Below are positions 50,333 to 60,623 of a stretch of 64,000 nucleotides of DNA, piece after piece (position 1 is the first letter of the stretch; each line of letters starts with the position of its first letter). Where the stretch lies: NCBI GenBank assembly GCA_009692365.1, contig SHZJ01000002.1:52692-116691 (forward strand), written 5' to 3'. Position numbers and translations under genes: made by a program. The DNA comes from Gammaproteobacteria bacterium. Its GTDB lineage: Bacteria; Pseudomonadota; Gammaproteobacteria; Ga0077536. Under the pieces are notes generated by a model. That model was not told the origin of the DNA. It did not search any database and saw only the letters and a list, made by a program, of their open reading frames with translations.

Positions 50333-51316
50333 TCATGGCGCCGGCGGGCCGACAATCGCGAGGCCTTTGTCGACGATGTTTAACGGCAGGGCAATGTACC
50401 CATCCTTCACGACCACTAGCTGTCCGGCCTTCGACAACACCATGCGCAAAAACTCGCCCTCCAGTGGGGCCAGCGGCGCGTTGGGATTTTTGTTCACGTA
50501 GACGTACAGATAGCGCGCCAGGGCATATTTGCCGGACAGCGCATTCTCGGTGGAGGGCTCGATAAATTCCCCGCCCGTTTTGCGGGCCAAGGGCAGGCTA
50601 CGCACGCCGGAAGTGCGATAACCCGACCCCGAGTAGCCGATGCCGTTGAGCGATTTTGTCACGCCCTGCACAACCGATGCCGAGCCGGGTTGTTCGTTGA
50701 CGGTGTTTTTAAAATCGCCCTTGCACAGGGCCATCTCCTTGAAATAACCGTAGGTGCCGGACACGGAATTTCGCCCAAACAGCTGGATGGGCTGCGTCGC
50801 CAGATCGCCCGAGACGCCAACTTCACCCCAAGTCTTGAGGTCTTGCTCATAGCCGCAGGCACGCGTGGCCGAGAACATCGCGTCGACCTGTGGCAGCGCT
50901 AGGCCGACGATCGGGTTGTCTTTGTGCACGTAGATGGCCAGCGCGTCCGCGGCCACTGGCACCGCGGTGGGCTTGTAGCCGTGCTTGCTTTCGAAAGCCT
51001 CGATTTCTTCGCTTTTCATCTGGCGGCTCATCGGCCCTAGGGTCGCCGTGCCTTCGGTCAGCGCCGGCGGCGCGGTGCTAGAGCCCGCCGCCTGAATTTG
51101 GATGTTCACGTTGGGATAGAACCGCTTGAATTCTTCGCCCCACAGGGTCATGAGGTTGGCGAGCGTGTCGGAGCCCACGCTGGACAGGCTGCCCGAAACA
51201 CCGCTGGCTTTGACGTAATCGGGAATACCGCCGTCAATGGCATCGGCAGGCGTCTGGGCATAGACGTTCACGGCTAGCGCCAATAGGGGAGCCAGAAAAT
51301 GGGGGGTGACTTTCAT
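50333..51316 (-). CDS. pstS: Phosphate ABC transporter periplasmic substrate-binding protein.
   Basis: Signal peptide [20 protein letters not shown], then [33 protein letters not shown]. The ATG at 51316 has a GGAGA RBS. The track's TTG at 51331 is an alternative start. Confidence 0.9.
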   Translation of the reverse strand: MKVTPHFLAPLLALAVNVYAQTPADAIDGGIPDYVKASGVSGSLSSVGSDTLANLMTLWGEEFKRFYPNVNIQIQAAGSSTAPPALTEGTATLGPMSRQMKSEEIEAFESKHGYKPTAVPVAADALAIYVHKDNPIVGLALPQVDAMFSATRACGYEQDLKTWGEVGVSGDLATQPIQLFGRNSVSGTYGYFKEMALCKGDFKNTVNEQPGSASVVQGVTKSLNGIGYSGSGYRTSGVRSLPLARKTGGEFIEPSTENALSGKYALARYLYVYVNKNPNAPLAPLEGEFLRMVLSKAGQLVVVKDGYIALPLNIVDKGLAIVGPPAP

Positions 51317-51361
51317 TGGAATTCTCCGCAAGGATTTCAGCGCTTGATTACGGCAGCTTAT

Positions 51362-51381
51362 TGTGACGAATAGATGACGGT
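51362..51381 (-). promoter_or_regulatory. Pho box (PhoB binding site) upstream of pstS.
   Basis: Minus-strand reading CCGTCAT-CTAT-TCGTCAC gives two 7-bp direct repeats separated by 4 bp, about 46-65 bp upstream of the pstS ATG. This matches the CTGTCAT-N4-CTGTCAC consensus at 5/7 positions in each half-site. Confidence 0.5.
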
Positions 51382-51385
51382 GCTG

Positions 51386-52222
51386 CTATTTCACGGCGGC
51401 TAGGTAGGCGAGCCATCCGGCATCGGCGGCGGCGGTCTCGGTGGGGGCAAATTGCCCATTGCCCTCCCCCGTTGCGGGGTCCCAACCCTGCCAATACACC
51501 AGCGTGCGCGAAAACCCGGCTTCCGCCAGCAATTCCTGCAGTTCGGGCAGCGTCCACAAGCGCCAGTCGTAGGCAAAGGCCCGCGGCAGCTTGGAGCCAT
51601 CGCTAAAATTGAAATGGATGTGGCAAGTCAGATCCCCGGTGATGGGGTTGTAGCTCGCCTGCTCCCAAACGTAGGTAAAACCCGCCTGCTGGCGTCGCTC
51701 CCGCAGCACTTTGAAGGCGTCATAACCGCCATAACAGTCGATAAAAAACACCCCGTCGGCTTTTAAATTGCGGTGGACGGCGCGAAAATAATCACGGAGA
51801 TTTTCGCGTCGTTTGAACAGCCAATAGCTGAAATTCATCGCCAGCAGAATGTCGACCGGGCGACCCCGGGTGCTCAGCACATCGCCTTCCAGCAGCCGCA
51901 CGCGGGGGCGTTGGCTAGTTTTTAACCGCGCCACGTTGCGCGCCTGCGCCCACGCCAGTACCGCGGGATCGAGGTCAACCCCGACGGCGCGGTTATCGTC
52001 GCGCCGCTTGACCCAAGCGCAGGCCACCTTCGCCGTGCCGCAGAAATCTTCTCGCAGACTGCGTGCGTGCCGGCCACGCAGCTGGAGAAAGCTCGCATCG
52101 ACGAAATCAATTTCGGCGCCGGCGTCTTGCACCGACTGCTCATAGAGCGCGTGCGGGTCTGCCTTGGCAGCCAAGGTGATCCGCTTGCGCGACCCGGCGG
52201 GGGAAGTTGCTGCTTTGCGCAT
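51386..52222 (-). CDS. Class I SAM-dependent methyltransferase.
   Basis: Rossmann-type MTase motif I region VGVDLDPAVLAWAQ and a later ADGVFFIDCYG. No specific family assigned. Confidence 0.6.
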   Translation of the reverse strand: MRKAATSPAGSRKRITLAAKADPHALYEQSVQDAGAEIDFVDASFLQLRGRHARSLREDFCGTAKVACAWVKRRDDNRAVGVDLDPAVLAWAQARNVARLKTSQRPRVRLLEGDVLSTRGRPVDILLAMNFSYWLFKRRENLRDYFRAVHRNLKADGVFFIDCYGGYDAFKVLRERRQQAGFTYVWEQASYNPITGDLTCHIHFNFSDGSKLPRAFAYDWRLWTLPELQELLAEAGFSRTLVYWQGWDPATGEGNGQFAPTETAAADAGWLAYLAAVK

Positions 52223-52403
52223 GGAATGAGTTGCCGCATGCCGTACTGATGAAATAATCCGGTCGCACTTTAGCAGACCGCATGGTTAAGTACTGTCACC
52301 CCAGTCCCGGAGCAGTCCCATCATCGACGCGAACGCCATCGATCTCACCGACCCAAGGCTCTTCATCAACCGCGAGCTCTCGCTGCTCGAATTTAACCGG
52401 CGG

Positions 52404-54410
52404 GTGGTCGAGCAAGCTAAAGACCAGACCAATCCACTGCTCGAGCGTCTGCGCTTCCTGTGCATTGCCAGCAGCAATCTGGACGAATTTTTTGAGATTC
52501 GGGTCGCCGGCCTCAAGCAGCAGGTGAACTACAAGGCGGTCCAGCTGGGGCCAGACCAGCTCAGCGCGACAGAACAACTCCAGCGCATCAGCACGACCGC
52601 CCATCGGCTCGTGGCCGAGCAATATCGCATCCTAAATGAGGAATTGATCCCCGCTCTGAGCCACGAAGGCATCGGCTTGATGCATCAGGACCAGTGGAGC
52701 ATGCGCCAGCGCAGTTGGGTGCGCCGCCATTTTTACGGCGAACTCATGCCCGTGCTCTCGCCGATCGGGCTTGATCCCTCCCATCCGTTTCCGCGCATCC
52801 TTAATAAGAGCCTAAATTTTTTAGTCTCACTGGAAGGCGCAGACGCCTTCGGTCGCAACAGCGGGATTGCCATCGTACAGGCGCCGCGAGCGCTGCCGCG
52901 CGTCATCGCCATGCCCACAGAACTGGCGAACGGGCGGCTGGAATTCGTCTTGCTGTCAGCGATAATTCAAGCCCATGTGGAGGACCTTTTCCCTGGCATG
53001 CGGGTGACCGGGTGTTATCAATTTCGCGTCACGCGCAACAGCGAACTCTTTGTCGAGGACGAAGAAGTAGAGGACCTGCTGCGGGCCCTGGAGGGTGAAT
53101 TGCATCAGCGTCGTTTCGGTGACGCCGTTCGGCTGGAAGTGTCGGACGAATGCCCGGAGCAACTGACCCGCCTGCTACAAAATGAATTCGGGCTGGGCGA
53201 AGACGACATTTACCACTGCCAAGGCCCGGTCAATCTGCAACGTCTGATGACCGTGCCCGACTTCATTAGCCGCCCAGACCTCAAGTTTCCGGCGTTCATT
53301 CCCAGCCGCCACCGGCGAACCCCGATCAACGCCGACCTGTTCGATGTTGTGCGGCGTGGCGATTTGGTTTTGCATCACCCCTTCCAGTCCTTCGCGCCGG
53401 TGATCGAATTCGTGCGTCAGGCGGCCAGCGACCCCCATGTGCTCGTCATCCGGCAGACGCTTTATCGCAGCGGGGCAGACTCCCCCATCGTCAAGACGCT
53501 GGTGGAGGCCGCCCGCGCCGGCAAAGAAGTGACGGTCGTGGTTGAATTAAAAGCCCGCTTCGACGAGCAGGCCAATATCGAATTGGCCCACCAGCTGCAA
53601 GAAGCCGGGGCGCACGTCGTCTACGGGGTGGTGGGCTATAAAACGCACGCCAAAATGTTGCTGGTCGTGCGGCGCGAAGGCAAGCAACTGCGTCGCTATG
53701 CGCATCTGTCGACCGGCAATTACCACCCGCAAACCACCCGCAGTTACACGGACTTCGGCCTGTTTACCTGCAACAACACCATCGCGACCGACGTCCAGCG
53801 CATCTTCCAACAACTCACGGCACCCGGGCGCACGGGCCGCCTGAAAAAAATCTTGCAGTCGCCGTTCACTCTGCACAGCGGCATACTCGCACTCATCCAA
53901 CGCGAGTTGGAGCACGCCCGCCAAGGACGGCCGGCGCGCATTGTCGCCAAGATGAACTCACTGGTCGAGGTCCAAATCATTACCGCGCTGTATGCCGCCT
54001 CTAACGCCGGGGTCAGCGTCGAGCTTATCGTGCGCGGCGTGTGTGCGTTGCGGCCCGGCCTCCCCGGGGTCTCGGAAAACATTCGGGTGCGCTCGATCGT
54101 GGGGCGCTTCTTGGAGCACTCACGGGTGTTTTATTTCCAGAATGACGATGCGCCGGAGGTTTATCTGTCGAGCGCAGATTGGATGGGGCGAAATTTCTTC
54201 AATCGGATCGAAACCTGCCTTCCCATCGAGGAGCGCCGCGAGCGCGAGCGGGTGATTAAAGAAGGGTTGGAGAGCTATCTTCTGGACAACACCCGCGCCT
54301 GGGAGCTGGGGAGCGAGGGCGCCTACACGCGGGTCGCAAGCGGTGGCAGCCCGCAGGATGCCCAGTTGCAACTGCTTGAGCAATTCCGCGAGGCGCAGCC
54401 CACTATTTGA
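52404..54410 (+). CDS. ppk: Polyphosphate kinase 1. The coordinates use the track's GTG start; the true start is probably ATG 52282 across a 1-nt frame offset.
   Basis: PLLERLRFLCIASSNLDEFFEIRVAGLKQQ and the full PPK1 N/H/C1/C2 domain order are present. The conserved N-terminal helix (LFINRELSLLEFNRR) lies in frame upstream of the GTG with no canonical start codon before the TAA at 52287. Confidence 0.85.
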   Translation: MVEQAKDQTNPLLERLRFLCIASSNLDEFFEIRVAGLKQQVNYKAVQLGPDQLSATEQLQRISTTAHRLVAEQYRILNEELIPALSHEGIGLMHQDQWSMRQRSWVRRHFYGELMPVLSPIGLDPSHPFPRILNKSLNFLVSLEGADAFGRNSGIAIVQAPRALPRVIAMPTELANGRLEFVLLSAIIQAHVEDLFPGMRVTGCYQFRVTRNSELFVEDEEVEDLLRALEGELHQRRFGDAVRLEVSDECPEQLTRLLQNEFGLGEDDIYHCQGPVNLQRLMTVPDFISRPDLKFPAFIPSRHRRTPINADLFDVVRRGDLVLHHPFQSFAPVIEFVRQAASDPHVLVIRQTLYRSGADSPIVKTLVEAARAGKEVTVVVELKARFDEQANIELAHQLQEAGAHVVYGVVGYKTHAKMLLVVRREGKQLRRYAHLSTGNYHPQTTRSYTDFGLFTCNNTIATDVQRIFQQLTAPGRTGRLKKILQSPFTLHSGILALIQRELEHARQGRPARIVAKMNSLVEVQIITALYAASNAGVSVELIVRGVCALRPGLPGVSENIRVRSIVGRFLEHSRVFYFQNDDAPEVYLSSADWMGRNFFNRIETCLPIEERRERERVIKEGLESYLLDNTRAWELGSEGAYTRVASGGSPQDAQLQLLEQFREAQPTI

Positions 54411-55893
54411 ACTTGAGTTTGTAGCCCGCGCCGAGGAGATAGTCCGCTTCTTGCGCCAAGTCGGCCGTGGTCAGCGCGTGCGCCGCCAACCAGCCGCGCG
54501 GGAAAGCGAGCCGCAACACGTGGTCTGCCGCCTTGAGGGTCACAGGCGGCGCCACCACCCCGCGCGCCCGATGCAGCACGACCGCCAGGCGTAGCAACAA
54601 GGCAAAGCGCAGCTGGTGCTGGGCCTCGGCACCCCCACCAAGCTCCGCCGTTGGGAGCTTTCGCCGATGGCCTCGCACCAGGTTGGCCAGCCGGGTTTGC
54701 TCGCCGCGCGAAAATCCGGGCATATCCAAGTGATGCAATAGATAAGCGCCGTGTTTCTGGTACTGGGAGTGAGAAATGGTGTGACCAATTTCGTGCAGGG
54801 CCGCAGCCCACGCCAACAGCTTGGCTGACTCCCCGTCGGCCGGCAGCCAGTCCGGGCCAACCTGCGCCAAAAACTGGGCACAGGTCACGGCAATGCGCGC
54901 GGCTTGCACCCGCTCAACGCCAAATCTCAGCATCAGGCTGCGCACGGTTTGCTCGCGCACATCTTCGTCGTTGATGCGTCCCAAGAGGTCGTAGAGCAGC
55001 CCCTCGCGCAGCGCGCTGTCGGAAACCCGCAGGCGCGAGATACCCAACTCTTCAAACAGCCCCAGGGCAATCGCTAGCCCCCCGGGCAGCACCAGCGCGC
55101 GGTCAGTAGAGACGCCAAGATCACCCAAGCGCTGCACGTGCCCGGCGGCTATTATCGCGGCCTGCAAACGCCGCAGCGCCGCGAGCGTAATGCCATCCTC
55201 GGCCCAGCCCTGGGCGGACAGCAAACGATTGATGGCTAACAGAGTGCCCGAAGTGCCGACCGCCACCTCCCAACCCGTCGCCGCAATTTCGGCTTCCACC
55301 GGCTCAAATTCCTGCCGGGCGGCGATCACCGCCGCGCGCATGCGGCGCGCGTCGATTACCCCATCGCTGAAAAAAGTCTGGCTGAGGCTAACGCAGCCCA
55401 CGTGCAGGCTCTGCATGACTTGGGGCTCGAAGCGGCGCCCCACGATGAGTTCGGTGCTGCCGCCGCCGATATCTACCACCAGCCGCAGGTTGGCGTCATC
55501 GCCCAAACCATGAGACACCCCAAGGTAGATCAGCCGCGCCTCCTCATAGCCAGAGACCACATCGATCGAGTGCCCTAAGGCCTGCTCGGCGCTCCGCAGA
55601 AAGCGCTCGCTGTTACGCGCCATGCGAAACGCGTTGGTGCCCACCGCGCGCACGGCGTCCCGCGGGAGGTGGCGAATGCGCTGCCCAAACCGCTCGAGGC
55701 AGCGCAAAGCCCGCTCGCTCGCCTCGGGCGTGATGCGCTGCTGGGGATCAAGACCGGCGGCGAGACGGATGATTTCGCGCATCCGATCGACCACCTTAAA
55801 ACGCCCGGCCTCGGGGTGGACCACCACCATATGAAAGCTATTGGAGCCCAGATCTAGGGCGGCAAGGGTGGCGGGGTCCTGTCGCTGCGGCAT
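54403..55893 (-). CDS. ppx: Exopolyphosphatase (Ppx/GppA family).
   Basis: LAALDLGSNSFHMVVV and DIGGGSTELIVG are ASKHA-fold motifs. C-terminal HD-like region present. Convergent with ppk, with an 8-bp overlap. Confidence 0.88.
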   Translation of the reverse strand: MPQRQDPATLAALDLGSNSFHMVVVHPEAGRFKVVDRMREIIRLAAGLDPQQRITPEASERALRCLERFGQRIRHLPRDAVRAVGTNAFRMARNSERFLRSAEQALGHSIDVVSGYEEARLIYLGVSHGLGDDANLRLVVDIGGGSTELIVGRRFEPQVMQSLHVGCVSLSQTFFSDGVIDARRMRAAVIAARQEFEPVEAEIAATGWEVAVGTSGTLLAINRLLSAQGWAEDGITLAALRRLQAAIIAAGHVQRLGDLGVSTDRALVLPGGLAIALGLFEELGISRLRVSDSALREGLLYDLLGRINDEDVREQTVRSLMLRFGVERVQAARIAVTCAQFLAQVGPDWLPADGESAKLLAWAAALHEIGHTISHSQYQKHGAYLLHHLDMPGFSRGEQTRLANLVRGHRRKLPTAELGGGAEAQHQLRFALLLRLAVVLHRARGVVAPPVTLKAADHVLRLAFPRGWLAAHALTTADLAQEADYLLGAGYKLKFK

Positions 55894-56049
55894 GGTGCTG
55901 ATAGGGATGCTCGAGCTGAATCTCGGAGAAAAACGGGCTTCTAAAAACCCCCGGAGTATAACCAACAAGGGTCCACCCTAGGCGTGCAGTGCACCAACTG
56001 GGGTTTCCGTGCCTATAATGCACCCCCTTCTGACTCCGGCCCCCCCACA

Positions 56050-57870
56050 GTGATCGCTAATCTGCGCAATATCGCCATCATCGCCCACGTCGATCATGGC
56101 AAGACGACCCTCATCGACCAGCTCCTCAAACAATCCGGGACGTTTACCAGCCGCAAGGACATGGGCGAGCGGATCATGGACAGCAACGAACTTGAACGCG
56201 AACGCGGGATCACCATCCTGGCGAAAAACACCGCGATCATGTGGGGCGATTACCGCATCAATATCGTTGACACCCCTGGGCATGCCGACTTTGGGGGCGA
56301 GGTAGAACGCATTCTGTCGATGGTTGATTCGGTGTTGTTACTGGTCGACGCGGTGGAAGGCCCGATGCCGCAAACGCGCTTCGTCACGCAAAAAGCTTTC
56401 GCGCAGGGCTTAAAGCCGGTGGTGGTGATCAACAAGATCGACCGGCCCGGCTCGCGTCCCGCCTGGGTGCTCGACCAGACCTTCGACCTTTTCGACCGCC
56501 TTGGGGCCACCGAAGAGCAACTCGATTTTCCCGTGGTGTACACCTCCGCGACGCAGGGCTACGCACGACATAGCCCGGACGATAAAGACACCACGATGGA
56601 CGTGCTGTTTCAGACTATTTTGTCCCACGTGCGCCCACCCGATGTGGACACCGAAGGCCCGTTCCAGATGCAGGTCAGTTCACTGGATTATTCCAGCTAC
56701 GTGGGGGCTATCTGCGTGGGGCGCATCACCCGCGGCAGCGTAACGCCGGCGATGCAGATCACGGTTGTCAACCGTGACGGCGCCACTCGCAACGCGAGAG
56801 TCATGGAAGTACTGGGCTTTCACGGGCTCACCCGCGAGCCCCGCCAGATCGCCTCCGCCGGCGACATCATCGCGCTGAGCGGCATCGACGGGCCGCGAAT
56901 TTCCGACACGCTGTGCGCGCCCGATGCCGTCGAGGCGATGCCCCCGCTATCGGTGGATGAACCCACGGTCAGCATGACCTTTGAAGTCTCGGACTCCCCG
57001 TTTGTGGGCCGGGATGGAAAATTTGTTACCAGCCGTCAAATTGCCGAGCGTCTGGAGCGCGAGCTAATTCATAACGTGGCGCTACGCGTCGACCCCACCG
57101 ATGATCCGAAATGCTTTTCGGTTTCGGGGCGCGGCGAGCTCCATCTTTCCGTGCTGATAGAAACCATGCGGCGCGAGGGTTTCGAGCTATCCGTGGGGCG
57201 GCCGCAGGTGATTCTGAAAGAAATTGACGGCCAGACCTGCGAGCCTTTCGAACAACTCACCATCGATGTGCCGACCGATTATCAGGGTGCTGTGATGGAG
57301 CGCCTGGGCAATCGACGTGGCGCACTGAGCAATATGGCACCCGATGGACGCGGCCGCGTCCGTCTCGATTACTCGATCCCGGCGCGCGGGCTCATCGGCT
57401 TCCGCACGGAGTTTCTCACGGCCACCGCCGGCACCGGGTTGATCTATCACAGCTTCGATAAATACGCGCCCGTGAAGCCGGGGGCCATCGGCGGTCGGGT
57501 CAACGGGGTGCTGATCGCCAACGGGGTGGGCAAAGCGCTGGCCTACGCGCTGTTCAACCTGCAGGAGCGGGGCCGCTTGTTTATCGGTCACGCCGAAGAA
57601 GTCTACGAAGGGATGATTATTGGCATCCATTCGCGCGACAACGACCTCGTGGTCAATCCGCTCAAAGGCAAGCAGCTCACGAACGTGCGGGCCGCCGGCA
57701 ACGATGAGAATCTGCTGTTGGTGCCGCCGATACGTTTTGATCTGGAACAGGCGTTGGAATTCATCGGCGACGACGAATTAGTCGAGGCCACGCCCACCGC
57801 CATCCGCATTCGCAAGCGCTCGCTGCGCGAAAACGACCGTAAGCGAGACTCGCGCCGCGAAGTAGGCTGA
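56050..57870 (+). CDS. typA: Translational GTPase TypA/BipA.
   Basis: [32 protein letters not shown] aligns to the BipA N-terminus from residue 1. GTG start at 56050. A TATAAT hexamer lies at 56014..56019. Confidence 0.92.
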   Translation: MIANLRNIAIIAHVDHGKTTLIDQLLKQSGTFTSRKDMGERIMDSNELERERGITILAKNTAIMWGDYRINIVDTPGHADFGGEVERILSMVDSVLLLVDAVEGPMPQTRFVTQKAFAQGLKPVVVINKIDRPGSRPAWVLDQTFDLFDRLGATEEQLDFPVVYTSATQGYARHSPDDKDTTMDVLFQTILSHVRPPDVDTEGPFQMQVSSLDYSSYVGAICVGRITRGSVTPAMQITVVNRDGATRNARVMEVLGFHGLTREPRQIASAGDIIALSGIDGPRISDTLCAPDAVEAMPPLSVDEPTVSMTFEVSDSPFVGRDGKFVTSRQIAERLERELIHNVALRVDPTDDPKCFSVSGRGELHLSVLIETMRREGFELSVGRPQVILKEIDGQTCEPFEQLTIDVPTDYQGAVMERLGNRRGALSNMAPDGRGRVRLDYSIPARGLIGFRTEFLTATAGTGLIYHSFDKYAPVKPGAIGGRVNGVLIANGVGKALAYALFNLQERGRLFIGHAEEVYEGMIIGIHSRDNDLVVNPLKGKQLTNVRAAGNDENLLLVPPIRFDLEQALEFIGDDELVEATPTAIRIRKRSLRENDRKRDSRREVG

Positions 57871-57872
57871 CC

Positions 57873-58310
57873 GTGATCGCCCTGCTGCAACGGGTCAGCC
57901 GGGCAGCGGTCGCGGTGGATGACCTGAGCATCGGGGCGATCGAGCGGGGCCTACTGGTGCTGTTGGGTGTGCAACCGGCAGACACCGAGCGGGCGGCTTC
58001 GAGACTGCTGGAGCGCGTGCTGGGCTATCGCATTTTTCCCGACCCGGCAGGCCGCATGAACTTGAATCTGCGGGATATCCAAGGCGGCTTGCTGCTAGTG
58101 CCGCAGTTTACACTCGCCGCCGACACCACCCGTGGCCTGCGTCCGAGCTTTACCCAAGCGGCTGCGCCGGCCCTCGCCGAGCAGCTGTTTAATTATTTCG
58201 CGGCCCAGGCCGCCAGCCGGCACGGACCGATTGCGGCGGGTCGTTTCGGCGCAGATATGCAGGTGTCGCTCGTGAACGACGGTCCGGCGACTTTCTGGTT
58301 GGAGACTTAG
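57873..58310 (+). CDS. dtd: D-aminoacyl-tRNA deacylase.
   Basis: [33 protein letters not shown]...[13 protein letters not shown] aligns with Dtd. Confidence 0.92.
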   Translation: MIALLQRVSRAAVAVDDLSIGAIERGLLVLLGVQPADTERAASRLLERVLGYRIFPDPAGRMNLNLRDIQGGLLLVPQFTLAADTTRGLRPSFTQAAAPALAEQLFNYFAAQAASRHGPIAAGRFGADMQVSLVNDGPATFWLET

Positions 58311-58316
58311 CAAAAC

Positions 58317-59387
58317 TCAGCCGAAGTTTACCCGCGCCTCTAAGTTGGTGCGCGAATCCGCATTGGTAAGGGCTTCTTCCAGATCGATACGCTCTTCTTT
58401 GTAGAGGTTGAACAGCGCCGCATCAAAGGTCTGCATACCCTTTGCCCCGCTGCCCTCCATCGCTTCCTTGATACTCCCGATCTGCCCTCTGAAAATCAAA
58501 TCCGCGATGTGGGGCGTGTTGAGCATCACCTCGATGGCCGCCACCCGAAAGCCGTCGATGCCCTGCACCAGCCGCTGCGAGATGACCGCCCGCACGTTGA
58601 GCGACAGGTCGAGAAAAAGCTGCTTGTGGAGCGAGTGAGGGAACAGGTTGATCACCCGCTCCATCGCCTGATTGGCATTGTTGGCATGCAGAGTAGACAG
58701 GCACAAATGCCCCGTATTACAGAGTTCCAGCGCGGTTTCCATCGTTTCGCGGTCGCGAATCTCGCCCACCAGAATGACATCCGGCGCTTCGCGCAGCGCC
58801 GCCCGCAAGGCGGCGCGATAGGAGTTGGTATCCACCCCAATCTCGCGCTGGTTCACGATGGAGCGGAGGTTGGGATGCGAGAACTCGATGGGGTCTTCAA
58901 TGGTCAGGATATGTCCTGACATTGTCTGGTTACGCTCGTTTACCATCGCCGCGAGGGTCGTAGATTTTCCCGAACCGGTCGCCCCCACCATGAGAATCAG
59001 CCCGCGCTTGTGCATCACCAGAGATTTTAAAATATCGGGCAGGCAGAGTTCTTCGATGGTTGGAATCTTCGCGGGAATTCGCCGGAGGACCATCGCGATC
59101 TCGCCCCGCTGACGAAACACATTCACGCGGAACCGCGCCGAACTGTCCCCCAGAGAAATTGCGAAGTCGCTCTCCATGGTCGCCTCAAAGCGCTCGAACA
59201 CAGAGGGCGCCATGATGCCGATTGCCGCCGCCCGGATGTGTTCTCCGGTGAGCTGGGTTTTGCCCACCGAGCTCAGCTGACCTTCGATTTTTATTTTCAC
59301 CGGCGCACCGGCCGTGAAAAAAAGATCGGAGCCCAGTTTGTCGCGCAGTAGCTTTAAGTACGGGGTGATATCCATAGTTGTTCTCAC
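58317..59387 (-). CDS. Third PilT/PilU-family type IV pilus retraction ATPase paralog.
   Basis: GATGSGKSTTLAAMVN (Walker A), ILVGEIRD (Walker B) and the AIRNLIRE-like motif variant HIADLIFRG. Confidence 0.8.
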   Translation of the reverse strand: MRTTMDITPYLKLLRDKLGSDLFFTAGAPVKIKIEGQLSSVGKTQLTGEHIRAAAIGIMAPSVFERFEATMESDFAISLGDSSARFRVNVFRQRGEIAMVLRRIPAKIPTIEELCLPDILKSLVMHKRGLILMVGATGSGKSTTLAAMVNERNQTMSGHILTIEDPIEFSHPNLRSIVNQREIGVDTNSYRAALRAALREAPDVILVGEIRDRETMETALELCNTGHLCLSTLHANNANQAMERVINLFPHSLHKQLFLDLSLNVRAVISQRLVQGIDGFRVAAIEVMLNTPHIADLIFRGQIGSIKEAMEGSGAKGMQTFDAALFNLYKEERIDLEEALTNADSRTNLEARVNFG

Positions 59388-59405
59388 TCTTGACGACGCG
59401 CGCCG

Positions 59406-60575
59406 CTAGCGCATCAAAAGGCCTTTGTTTTCCTCGTCGCTCTCCAGACTGAGATGCTCCAAACCACCCAGCCGGTCCTGTGTTTTGGCGTGCTTGCCCT
59501 TTAACTTGATCTGCAGGCGCAGCTCGTTCATTGAGTCGGCGTTGCGCAGCGCATCCTCGTAGGAAATGAGATCCGCCTCATATAGGTCAAACAGCGCCTG
59601 GTCGAAAGTCTTCATACCGAGCTCGTTTGACTTACCCATAATCTCCTTGATGGTGTGAATTTCACCCTTGAGGATGAGGTCGGAAATCAGCGGGGAGTTC
59701 AACATGACCTCGATGGCGGCGGCGCGCCCGCGGCCATCTATTTTTTTTAGCAGCCGCTGCGAGATGATGGCTTTCATGTTGAGCGAGAGATCCATGAACA
59801 ACTGCTGATGCCGTTCTTCGGGAAAGAAATTGATGATGCGGTCCAAGGCCTGATTAGCGCTGTTGGCGTGCAGCGTGGCCATCGCCAAATGGCCGGTTTC
59901 GGCGAACGACAGACCAAATTCCATCGTCGCGCGGTCGCGGATTTCGCCCAGCAAAATGACGTCGGGCGCCTGCCGGAGGGTGTTTTTCAGCGCAATGCCC
60001 CAGTCATCGGTGTCCACCCCTACTTCGCGTTGCGTCACCACGCAGTTGCGATGCGCGTGAATGAACTCAATTGGATCTTCGATGGTGATGATGTGGCCGA
60101 AGCTGTTTTCATTGCGGTGATTGAGCATCGCCGCCAGCGAGGTGGATTTACCCGAACCCGTTCCACCCACCATGATCACCAGCCCGCGCTTGCTCATGCA
60201 AATCTCTTTCAAAACGTCCGGCAGGCCGAGATTTTCCAGCGTCGGCACGGTGGTCTCGATCGCCCGCAACACCATCCCATTGTGGCCCTGTTGAATAAAA
60301 GCGTTCACCCTGAAACGGCCGATCCCGGCGGGGGAAATCGCGAAATTGCACTCTTTAGTGGCCTCGTATTCCTTGAGTTGGCGGTCGTTCATGATGGCGT
60401 AAGAGAGTGCCTTGGTGTTCTCGGCCGTCAACTTGGTCTTGGACACCGGCATCACCTTGCCGTCCATTTTGATGGCGGGGGGGAAGTCAACCGTGATGAA
60501 GAGGTCGGAACCCTTCTTGTCGACCATCAGCTTCAGCAGGTCGCGCATGTACTTGATGGCCTGTTCACGTTCCAT
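59406..60575 (-). CDS. pilU: PilU-like type IV pilus retraction ATPase.
   Basis: GGTGSGKSTSLAAMLN, ILLGEIRD. ~389 aa with the C-terminal extension characteristic of PilU. Adjacent to pilT. Confidence 0.8.
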   Translation of the reverse strand: MEREQAIKYMRDLLKLMVDKKGSDLFITVDFPPAIKMDGKVMPVSKTKLTAENTKALSYAIMNDRQLKEYEATKECNFAISPAGIGRFRVNAFIQQGHNGMVLRAIETTVPTLENLGLPDVLKEICMSKRGLVIMVGGTGSGKSTSLAAMLNHRNENSFGHIITIEDPIEFIHAHRNCVVTQREVGVDTDDWGIALKNTLRQAPDVILLGEIRDRATMEFGLSFAETGHLAMATLHANSANQALDRIINFFPEERHQQLFMDLSLNMKAIISQRLLKKIDGRGRAAAIEVMLNSPLISDLILKGEIHTIKEIMGKSNELGMKTFDQALFDLYEADLISYEDALRNADSMNELRLQIKLKGKHAKTQDRLGGLEHLSLESDEENKGLLMR

Positions 60576-60623
60576 AGGTGCTCTCCTGCTCGATGGTGGG
60601 GCGGTTCTGCGCGCTTGGAGGGT

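Noticed and set aside
56012-56019. TATAAT hexamer about 30 bp upstream of the typA GTG start.
   Set aside because: It is a plausible -10 element, but no matching -35 could be placed by eye. Mentioned in the typA feature only.
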